Assembly (NCBI GenBank): GCA_965204725.1 | Contig: OZ242005.1 | Span: 3,808,001 to 3,872,000, forward strand | From: Candidatus Latescibacterota bacterium | GTDB taxonomy: Bacteria > Latescibacterota > UBA2968 > UBA8231 | Direction: 5' to 3' | Length of the DNA: 64,000 nucleotides | Program-made: the position numbers and the translations under genes | Shown: positions 40,556 through 48,377 of the stretch, piece by piece | Layout of the letters: the number at the start of each line of letters is the position of its first letter | How positions within the stretch are numbered: the stretch's first letter is position 1 | The notes under the pieces: generated by a model | Told to the model about the DNA's origin: nothing | Database searches by the model: none | The model's input: only the letters and a program-made list of their open reading frames with translations

Positions 40556-40759
40556 CATCACAGAGGACAAACTCTATGGTCTTGCGCGCCCCGGCCTCAT
40601 TGAAGAGACGCCCTTTGACGGGTTGGCGTCAATCCTGTATGCTGGTCGTGCGCCCCGGCCTCATTGAAGGAAGGAAGGGAAGGCCGCCGAACCAACGATA
40701 ACTAGAGTTATCGTTGGTTACAGCACTTCGACACCACAGAGTTTGTCCTCTATGGTGTC
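40554..40759. repeat. Pair of inverted 30-bp palindromic sites (12-bp arms, 6-bp spacer)
   Basis: GACATCACAGAG-GACAAA-CTCTATGGTCTT (40554-40583) and GACACCACAGAG-TTTGTC-CTCTATGGTGTC (40730-40759). Confidence 0.8.
40577..40669 (+). CRISPR. Putative degenerate CRISPR mini-array (two partial repeats, one ~37-bp spacer)
   Basis: Exact 20-nt GCGCCCCGGCCTCATTGAAG at 40586 and 40650; 3' end resembles type I-G(I-U) repeats; no cas genes in window. Confidence 0.5.
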
Positions 40760-40878
40760 CACCTTGACGCCCCAAAGGGCGATTAACAAGCTGCTGTCCG
40801 CTCCCTACCCTATCAGTCTCATACCCTTCGGCGCACTCAAGGCGGGTGCGCCATTAACCCAAACAAGGAGATACTCCT

Positions 40879-41712
40879 ATGTTTAAGTCTTTCAAAAACC
40901 TACTTGGCCTCAGCCTGCTGGCTTTCTTCGGCGTGTGGATGGGGTGCTCGTCCGAATCCTCGCCCGTCAGCCCTTCAAACAAGGCCGTGACGGACGATGA
41001 CGGATCAGCAACACAAGTATCGACGTTTACTGTTTCGACCGAGGTTTCCATTCCCGACGACAGTCTAAGGGTAGCGGTTACTCAAGGACTCTGGGCTTTG
41101 GTGGCAGAAGGGAAACTCGACATTCCTACGGGGTCAAACCCGCTTACAACGGCAAACCTTGCAAAGCTAGAAACGCTTTCCGCTGGCAGCAAAGGGATTG
41201 CGAATTTGAGCGGCCTTGAGCACGCTACCGACTTGAAAAGCCTGAACCTAAACGGGAACAACGTTGAGGACCTAGCGCCTTTGGCCAATCTGACCAAGTT
41301 GGAATATCTGAACTTGGAAAATAATCTCATTCCCCAAACGGGTTATTCTCATTTGGCTAATCTGACCAAGTTGACAAATCTTAGGATAGGCGGCCACAGA
41401 AACGCCGACATTGGCAGCGACACCCTAGAGGTGGTGGTTGAGAACATGACCAAGTTGACCGCTCTAAAGGTGAACCACATGGGGCTTACGGATATTTCTT
41501 TTTTGGAAAAGGAAAATCTGAAAGAGTTGCGATACTTAAACCTAAATGGCAACCGGGAGATTACGAATCTCAAACCGCTTGCTTGTCTGCCGAATCTGAA
41601 CGATTTGCGCGTAGAGAGGGTTGGTGCTGCTTACAACACCGTTACCGGCGAGGTAAATAAACTTCTCCTATTCTTGATAGGGGAAGGGGTATATGTAGAT
41701 TACATTACTTAG
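40879..41712 (+). CDS. Internalin-like leucine-rich-repeat lipoprotein (phage cargo)
   Basis: AAGGAG RBS, lipobox WMGC, IPDDSLR cap, L..L..L.L..N repeats; lower GC. Confidence 0.85.
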   Translation: MFKSFKNLLGLSLLAFFGVWMGCSSESSPVSPSNKAVTDDDGSATQVSTFTVSTEVSIPDDSLRVAVTQGLWALVAEGKLDIPTGSNPLTTANLAKLETLSAGSKGIANLSGLEHATDLKSLNLNGNNVEDLAPLANLTKLEYLNLENNLIPQTGYSHLANLTKLTNLRIGGHRNADIGSDTLEVVVENMTKLTALKVNHMGLTDISFLEKENLKELRYLNLNGNREITNLKPLACLPNLNDLRVERVGAAYNTVTGEVNKLLLFLIGEGVYVDYIT

Positions 41713-42042
41713 CCCCATGCAGTAGATCGTCCTCTACGCAGAGGACGCCCAACGCCCCGTTGCCGCTTGCCGGTGACGGGGCGTTGCTATGCCGCTCCAA
41801 TACGCCGCTCGTTGGCGTCCGCGCACGATAGACCATTGACCGCCCCCGGCGCACGGGCGATATTGGCAATCCTGTCCTTGAGAGAGACAGGTAGCGCGGC
41901 GCGGCTGACCTACCGGCAGAGTAAACCGGGCGCACGGAAAGTGAAGGGCGGCGTTGGTTGGGCCGATTGCGTAAGCGCGGCCACCGGGTCTAACATCCCC
42001 GGCTTCTTGGGCCAACGCCGCTTTTTTATGCCTTGCCCCGTC

Positions 42043-42260
42043 CGCCCCCGGATTTTGTGCAGTGAACAACCCAGCTTGGTTTTGTAAATGGCCGTCACCT
42101 GTTTGGGTTGCCAAACTAGTCGAGCACCAACCCCAACATATAGGGCCTGCGTTGGGCCGAAGCGATACAACATATAGGGGTTGACGCCCTTTGGCCGCGC
42201 TTGCCGATCCGCTACGACCGCGCGCCCCCGGATTTTGTGCAGTGAACATTCAAGCTTGGT
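42043..42260. repeat. 38-bp direct repeats (180-bp period) with an internal 12-bp repeat pair
   Basis: CGCCCCCGGATTTTGTGCAGTGAACA....AGCTTGGT at 42043 and 42223; CAACATATAGGG at 42134 and 42168. Confidence 0.85.
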
Positions 42261-42431
42261 GGTCAATCGACGACCACTAAACATCCTCATCGAGTAAAAA
42301 TCTTCTCGCTAACGCCCCCCCAAGCCCCAAGCGCCAATACCCCAACTACCCGCCCAAACCGCTTAGGCGGCGTTACAGCGGTCCTCAAGCCCTTGCATGG
42401 GTTATGCCCGTCCACCATCGTCCTTCTCATA

Positions 42432-42755
42432 ATGTCCACTTCGGCAGAGAGAGCAGAAGTCTATCTGACGCGGCGTTGGCAGCGGTTGCGAGCGGACGTC
42501 CTCAAGCGCGCCAACTGGCTTTGTCAGTGCAGCGACTGCCGACAGCATGGCCGGACGAAGCAGGCCGATTTGGTCCACCACGTGGAACGATGGCAAGCGG
42601 CGTCCGGTGACCGGCGGCAAGAGTTGGCTTTCAATCCTGACAATCTCTTGGCCGTCAACTTCGACTGCCATGCTCGCATACATGCAGCGGACGCCCGGAC
42701 GCCCGAAGATCGGGCATGGGCAACCGCCGTTCATTCACTAATCGACGAGGTTTGA
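42432..42755 (+). CDS. Phage HNH endonuclease (cos-packaging associated type)
   Basis: RWQRLR..VL.R..WLCQC..C, VHHV, NL.AVNFDCHARIH. Confidence 0.8.
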   Translation: MSTSAERAEVYLTRRWQRLRADVLKRANWLCQCSDCRQHGRTKQADLVHHVERWQAASGDRRQELAFNPDNLLAVNFDCHARIHAADARTPEDRAWATAVHSLIDEV

Positions 42756-42759
42756 AGTA

Positions 42760-44013
42760 ATGACCAACTCCCAAAAACTGGCACTTCGGTTAAGCGAGGT
42801 TCGCCAGAAACTCAACGAGCTGCTCGCAATCGACAACCCGAATGACGAGCAGAGGGCCGAACTTGCTCAACTGAGCGGCGAATATCCGGGGCTTGAAACC
42901 CAGTATAGGGCCGCAGTAATCGCGGAAAGCGAAGAAAGCGAAACCCGCACAATCGACGACGACGCCCAAAGCGCGGAATACCGGCAGCTGGTGGACCGGG
43001 TAGAGTTGGGCGCGTATCTCATTGAAGCGGCAACGGGGCGTCCGGTGGACGGGGCCGAACAAGAGTTGCGCGCCGAAGTGTTTGGCGACGACGCCCGACA
43101 GAACCTAGTACCGTGGGAAGCGTTGCTACCCCGTGACGAGGACGAAGATCGCGCCGACAGCCCCGTCAATATCGGCAGCACTTCGGGCGTTGGCGTCAAT
43201 CAGCAAACCATCTTGGCGCGTGTGTTCGCGGATACGGCGGCCATGTTCGCGGGCGTTACTATGCCCAACGTGGGCATTGGGGATGCGTCTTACCCGGTAT
43301 TCGAGGACGGCGCAACCGCCGAATTGACCGCCAAAGGGACGGCCAAAGACGCCGAGGCCGCGACGATTACGGCTAAGGTGCTCAATCCAACTCGCTTGAC
43401 CGCTCGCTACGTCCTCAGAGTAGAGGACGCAAACAGGCTAATGGGCTTAGAAGAAAGCCTACGTGCCGACTTGCGCGGCACGTTGGGCGAACAACTGGAC
43501 AAGCAGATAATCGCTGGGGATGGAACCAGCCCGAACTTCGCGGGGTTTTTCGACGATGGGGCGTCCATTTCTTCGGCTACGGCCCCGACCGCGCAATCCA
43601 AGTACGAGGACGTTGCCGTCCTCGCGGCCAATGCCATTGACGGCAAGTACTGCCGGTCCGCAATGGGCGCGCGGTTGCTTTTCAATGTTACGGGCATACA
43701 GCGGGCGTCCGCGCTATTCCTAACCAACGGCGGGTATTCGGCAGCGGACTATTTGGCCGAACATTCGGGCGGTATCATGGCGTCCGCACACGCCCCGGTG
43801 AAAGCGAGCAAGAAAAGCAAAATCCTGACCTACCGAATGGACCGGGGCGCGGGGAGTGCGGTGTGTCCGGTGTGGCAAGGTCTTGAGATTATCCGAGACC
43901 AATTCAGCGGCGCAATGCGCGGCGAAATCGCCTTGACCGCCATAGCCCTACATTCGTTTGCGATCTTGCGGACCGACGCCTACTACATCCAAGAAATCCA
44001 AGAGGACGCCTAG
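42760..44013 (+). CDS. Phage major capsid protein (HK97-like, with N-terminal scaffold region)
   Basis: Coiled-coil N-terminus, LDKQIIAGDG..PNFAG, EIIRDQFS..MRGEIALTA; context of HNH and protease. Confidence 0.75.
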   Translation: MTNSQKLALRLSEVRQKLNELLAIDNPNDEQRAELAQLSGEYPGLETQYRAAVIAESEESETRTIDDDAQSAEYRQLVDRVELGAYLIEAATGRPVDGAEQELRAEVFGDDARQNLVPWEALLPRDEDEDRADSPVNIGSTSGVGVNQQTILARVFADTAAMFAGVTMPNVGIGDASYPVFEDGATAELTAKGTAKDAEAATITAKVLNPTRLTARYVLRVEDANRLMGLEESLRADLRGTLGEQLDKQIIAGDGTSPNFAGFFDDGASISSATAPTAQSKYEDVAVLAANAIDGKYCRSAMGARLLFNVTGIQRASALFLTNGGYSAADYLAEHSGGIMASAHAPVKASKKSKILTYRMDRGAGSAVCPVWQGLEIIRDQFSGAMRGEIALTAIALHSFAILRTDAYYIQEIQEDA

Positions 44014-44063
44014 GCCATGTTGGACGAGCCCTTGAACTTGACGAGCGGCGTTTCCAAGTAGCC

Positions 44064-44507
44064 GAATGGCGCGAAACTCAAGACGGCGTGGTAGTTGAAG
44101 GGGTTGCCGTTCCGTATGCCCCTTCAACTGCCGACATCGCGGGCATGTTCAAGGAGCAATTCTTGCCGGGCGCTTTTGGCGATCTATCGGATGCGGACGT
44201 CCTCGTAAATCGACAGCATGACCGCGCTATGCCCCTTGCCCGTTCCGGCAAAGACGGCGGTGAAACCAGAATACCGCCATCAAAGATCGTGCCTTTTCCG
44301 GTGGGCGGTGAACCAGACAACCGCAAGCGGTTTCAATCGCAACTGAGCAAGGGCGGGATTATCACCATGCCAACCGACAGCGGGTTTCCGTCAGTGCAAC
44401 CGAGCAACGCCAACATTCTACGTCCGGCAACTGTGGGCGCGAATCCTGACCCCTCGCTTGTCGATCTTCGGCAGCAGTTGATGACCAGCGAGATTTTTGC
44501 GTATTGA
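44064..44507 (+). pseudogene. Fused fragments of HK97 prohead protease and probable portal protein
   Basis: VEGVAVPY...FKEQFLPGAF...VNRQHDRAMPLAR (protease N-terminus) switches to unrelated sequence ending GANPDPSLVDLR (portal-like, tentative). Confidence 0.6.
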
Positions 44508-44594
44508 TTCTCTTGGTCTCATTTATTTATACTATGACGCAATTAGCGCGTCGTAGGTTTTAAGTACTCACTTCAAACGCAAGGAGTTAGGATT

Positions 44595-45542
44595 ATGCGG
44601 CGATTTGCAATCGCAGGGGTTTTCAGCCTCGCCCTCGTGGGGGCGGCGAATGCCCAGTTTTTCGATCCGCCGGCCCTCGAGGATCGCAACGGCAGTCAGG
44701 GATTTTGGTTTTACATGCTCGAAGTCCCCGACCCTGGGGCCATCACCATCGATGCCCAGAGCGACGACTGGGCTTGGTTCGACCCGGAGTACACCCTGAC
44801 CATGGACGAGTGGCGCGACGAAGGCGACCGCCCGGCCCCCGACCGCGACGACCTGTTCATCACCACCTTCATGGGCTGGAAGGGCGGCGACGACAACCGC
44901 TGGTACTGCTTTTTGGAAGCGGTTGACGACGTGCTGGCACACGCCGGCACCAATATCGCCCGCTGGGACGGCGACATGCTACAAGTCGGCCTCGATCCGC
45001 AGGATCACGGCCGCGAGCGCAGCCCGGCTTCGGGCTACACCATGGAGTGGCTGATGGCGCCGGGCGACCTCAGCCCGCCGACCAACGTCGCTTTCCGCTA
45101 CACCGAGCAAGAGGCGTGGGCCGAGTACGGCGAATCGCCGTGGATTGAAATGGCCGTGCGCGTCGATCCGCCCGAAGCGTGGGCGGCCGACCTGTGGGCC
45201 GAGGGCGGCACCACGTACTACGAGTGGAGCGTCAAGGTCCTCGCCTTCCAAGAGGACGCCGGCCCATCGGCAAGTGAGGAGTGGCAGCTCGACGCAGTCG
45301 CTGGTGAAGAGGGCACGGGCCTGCCTTTCGCCATGTGGTACGAAGACGGCGAAGGGCCGGATTCGAGCTTCTCGCCCAACGACGACGGCACCCCGGGTGG
45401 CCGCAACGACTGGACTACTCGCGGGCCTGAAGCCTCGGCTCGGCAGTACTACTCCATTGCCAAGCTGCTGCGAGTCGGCGAGTACACCAGTGCCACATCG
45501 GTCGAAGCATCGACTTGGGGCAAGATCAAGGACTCGTTCTAA
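44595..45542 (+). CDS. Secreted protein, CBM9-like fold, with C-terminal TSVEASTWGKIK motif
   Basis: AAGGAG RBS, signal peptide, ITIDAQSDDW, acidic and Trp-rich. Confidence 0.7.
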   Translation: MRRFAIAGVFSLALVGAANAQFFDPPALEDRNGSQGFWFYMLEVPDPGAITIDAQSDDWAWFDPEYTLTMDEWRDEGDRPAPDRDDLFITTFMGWKGGDDNRWYCFLEAVDDVLAHAGTNIARWDGDMLQVGLDPQDHGRERSPASGYTMEWLMAPGDLSPPTNVAFRYTEQEAWAEYGESPWIEMAVRVDPPEAWAADLWAEGGTTYYEWSVKVLAFQEDAGPSASEEWQLDAVAGEEGTGLPFAMWYEDGEGPDSSFSPNDDGTPGGRNDWTTRGPEASARQYYSIAKLLRVGEYTSATSVEASTWGKIKDSF

Positions 45543-45609
45543 GCAACAAGCACCGCAACACGCAAGAAGCACTCTTAAAATCCCTTTTGAGAACGCTTCG
45601 CAAGAATCC

Positions 45610-45649
45610 GTCGGGCCAATTAGAACCTTAATTGGCCTGACTTCTTTTT
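45610..45649 (+). terminator. Intrinsic terminator after first gene of the secreted cluster
   Basis: GTCGGGCCAATTA-loop-TAATTGGCCTGAC followed by TTCTTTTT. Confidence 0.75.
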
Positions 45650-45661
45650 AGGGGGTGCATC

Positions 45662-46378
45662 GTGCATAAACGGCTCTGGGCTTGGTCCTTCCTGTTGATC
45701 CCGTTGGTGGGGGCTTGCGGTCGCTACTTTCACACGCCGCTTCAGCCGGCCAGCCGCCAAGCCGAGGGCATGACCATCAACGACGACGGCTCCATCGCCT
45801 ACGCCCTCGACCGCTTGTCGATAGAGCTCAAGCCCATGACGGACGCGGAATTAAACCGCCTCGCGCCCGGGCCCGACCCGTCGGTCAACCCCTATACCTT
45901 TGGCGAGTGGACTGCCCCGGGCGACACGTGGACGCCGCCGCGCTTTACCGTCTTTCGGCTCAAGGTCAGCAACTATCAATTTCCCAAGGTCGAGATCGAC
46001 CCGCTCAAGGCGCGGATTAGCGCGGCCAACACCCGGCAGTATCAGGTGCTGAGCTACGCCCAATTATACCACTATTTTCGCTCGTATTGGCTGGGCCGCA
46101 CCGGCCAAGGGCGCAAGACCTTTCAGGCCCGCACGGATGCACTCAAGCGGACGCTGTACAGCGGGACCTTAGTTTTCAGCGGCAGCGAAGAACAAGGGTA
46201 TTTGGTCTTTCCCCGCCTCGCCGACGATGTGCGGGCGATCCAAGTACACCTCGAGGACATCGTCTTGCGCTTCGACTATGCGGACGAGCCGGTAGAGGCG
46301 ATTGACCTGAGCTTCTCCTTCCAGCGCGACATCCTGCAAGGGTACGACCCCTCGGCCGCAGTGCGGATCAACCGATGA
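45662..46378 (+). CDS. Hypothetical lipoprotein
   Basis: Lipobox VGAC; stop overlaps next start. Confidence 0.7.
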   Translation: MHKRLWAWSFLLIPLVGACGRYFHTPLQPASRQAEGMTINDDGSIAYALDRLSIELKPMTDAELNRLAPGPDPSVNPYTFGEWTAPGDTWTPPRFTVFRLKVSNYQFPKVEIDPLKARISAANTRQYQVLSYAQLYHYFRSYWLGRTGQGRKTFQARTDALKRTLYSGTLVFSGSEEQGYLVFPRLADDVRAIQVHLEDIVLRFDYADEPVEAIDLSFSFQRDILQGYDPSAAVRINR

Positions 46379-48363
46379 CCGCCTCTGCGCCCAGAGCCGT
46401 CGTCGGCACGGTCCTAGCGGTGCTTGGCGGACTCGTGCCGAGCGGTGCTCAAGTCGAGGTGTGGCACATCGGCAAGGGGGGGCTTTCGTGGGCCTCGCAG
46501 GCCCAAACGCAGATCGGCGCCTTGGACGTCGCTGGCGGCCTACAGCCCTTGCGGCTCCAAGCCGGAGAAAACCTCATCGAGCTGCTCCGCGCTTCGGGCC
46601 AACGCTTTCTCAACGGTCAACCCCGCGACTTCACACTCGGCGGCCAGCCGCGGGCGTGGTCCAACGATGGCTTCTTCAATCAGGTGGCGGGTTCCCTCGA
46701 CCTGATTGACGGCGATCCAACGACCTCCTCATCGGGCGTGTTCAAAACCGCCCAAAGCCAAGCCGGGGCGACCTTCTTCTGGGATTTGGGCGCGCCCTTC
46801 CCGGTCAACCGCATTCGCTTCTTTCCCGCTCCCGACGATGACGCCTTTGTCAAAGCCTTTGAGCTGCGGGTCAACGACGGCGAAACCTTCAACGACATCA
46901 ACCGACCGCAATACGAACTCTTGCGGCGGGTTGATGTCAACCGCGAATCCATCGTAGATATTGAATTTGCTCCCTTGCAGGGCCGCTTCCTCCGGCTGCT
47001 CGTGCTGTCGAAGACGGCGTTCAACATCGCGGAGTTTGAAATCTATGGGCAGGGCTTTGTGCCGGTCGCTAGCTACGAGTCCGCGCTGCACTCCTTTGGC
47101 GGCCCGGTCAACTACGGCCGCTTGCGCATCTACGCGACAAAACTCGGCACGACCGGGGCCGCGACCGCGGCGATTCAGATGCGGACCGGGGCCGACGACA
47201 GCCCGCTGGCGTACTTTCGCCGCGACCGCGACACGGGCCGCCAGCAGGAGGTGCCAGCAGCCGAATACAACACCCGCCTGCCGCGGCGCACCCTGTTCCG
47301 CCAAGACCCGGTCACCGGCGAGCTATTAGAGGAACTAGACCGGGCCGACTATCTCAACCTGCCGGTCGAGGAGCAAGGGCCGGTGCGCGACTTCGTCAAG
47401 GGCGACATCCGCGACGATGTAGCCAACTGGAGCGCGTGGTCGCCGAGTACGCCCATCGCCGGCACGGGCGCGATCTCCGTGCCCATAGAGTTGCCCAGCC
47501 CGCGGGAGTTCATGCAGTTCCGCATCCTATTCGATGGCGACGCTGAAAACGCCGTGCGGATCGACACCTTTCAGGTGGAGTTTTCGCCCGGGCTCGTCGG
47601 CCAAGCGGTCGGCGAGGTCGCGCTCGCCACCGATCCCTTTCCCGCCCGCGGCCTGCTCCAAGTCGAAGGCGGGATCGACACGACCTTTACCTACGACATC
47701 CGCACCGAGTTCGCCGCGGACGCCGTGGGGTATCGCGGCGTCCGCATTGAGGCGTTTCCACCGCCGGTGTTCGAGAGCCTGCACATGGGCGAGCCTCTCG
47801 CGGCCATAGAAGACGTTGCGTGGGCGGCAACCGCCAGCGGCTTCGACGTGTTCTTCGCGCCCATTGCCGCCGACAACAACCAGCCCCTGCGGATAACCTT
47901 CCGCCTGCGGCTTTTGGAGCACAATACTCCGATCAACGCCTATCTGCTCGGGGCGGAGGGCGTCCCACCGCATCCCATTGCCCCGGGCAATGCCAGCCCG
48001 TTGGCGGGCACAGACGCGACCAACGCCTTTGCGACTCAGGCGCGGCCCGAATTGCAACTAGCCCTTTCAGCGGCCATTATCTCGCCCAATGGGGATGGCC
48101 GCAACGATGCAGTCGCCATTGATCTCGTGTTGTCCCAGTTTGCCGCCGCTACCGCAGTGACCGTCGAGATCTTCGACCTCAGCGGCCGGCGGGTGCGCCA
48201 GCTCGTCTCCGAGCTGCGCCCGGCCGGCTTTTACGCGGAAATCTGGGATGGTCGCGACGAACAGGGCGCGTTGGTCTGCCCGGGCCTGTACTTGTGCCGC
48301 GTCGGCGTGGAGGCCGATTTCGACGTGTTTGCCGCTGTAGAGCCTATTGGGGTGGTCTATTGA
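46375..48363 (+). CDS. Secreted protein with discoidin-like domain and C-terminal SPNGDG/FlgD Ig-like domain (paralog 1)
   Basis: WDLGAPFPVNRIRFFP, IAEFEIYG, WSAWS, ISPNGDG.ND, WDGRD..G...PGLY. Confidence 0.75.
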   Translation: MTASAPRAVVGTVLAVLGGLVPSGAQVEVWHIGKGGLSWASQAQTQIGALDVAGGLQPLRLQAGENLIELLRASGQRFLNGQPRDFTLGGQPRAWSNDGFFNQVAGSLDLIDGDPTTSSSGVFKTAQSQAGATFFWDLGAPFPVNRIRFFPAPDDDAFVKAFELRVNDGETFNDINRPQYELLRRVDVNRESIVDIEFAPLQGRFLRLLVLSKTAFNIAEFEIYGQGFVPVASYESALHSFGGPVNYGRLRIYATKLGTTGAATAAIQMRTGADDSPLAYFRRDRDTGRQQEVPAAEYNTRLPRRTLFRQDPVTGELLEELDRADYLNLPVEEQGPVRDFVKGDIRDDVANWSAWSPSTPIAGTGAISVPIELPSPREFMQFRILFDGDAENAVRIDTFQVEFSPGLVGQAVGEVALATDPFPARGLLQVEGGIDTTFTYDIRTEFAADAVGYRGVRIEAFPPPVFESLHMGEPLAAIEDVAWAATASGFDVFFAPIAADNNQPLRITFRLRLLEHNTPINAYLLGAEGVPPHPIAPGNASPLAGTDATNAFATQARPELQLALSAAIISPNGDGRNDAVAIDLVLSQFAAATAVTVEIFDLSGRRVRQLVSELRPAGFYAEIWDGRDEQGALVCPGLYLCRVGVEADFDVFAAVEPIGVVY

Positions 48364-48377
48364 CCGCTCCGATCAAC

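Larger units (their letters stand above)
39300..44507 (+). mobile_element. Decayed HK97-type prophage or phage-satellite remnant
   Basis: Terminase pseudogene, HNH, major capsid and protease/portal fragment; no integrase or tail genes; ends approximate. Confidence 0.75.

Noticed and set aside
41734-42290. ORFs 41734-42249 and 41910-42290 as real genes
   Set aside because: No recognisable motifs; they overlap the direct-repeat region and their repeated peptides merely reflect the DNA repeats
42760-44013. Encapsulin nanocompartment
   Set aside because: N-terminal scaffold region and HNH/terminase/protease neighbours indicate viral origin; no cargo enzyme adjacent
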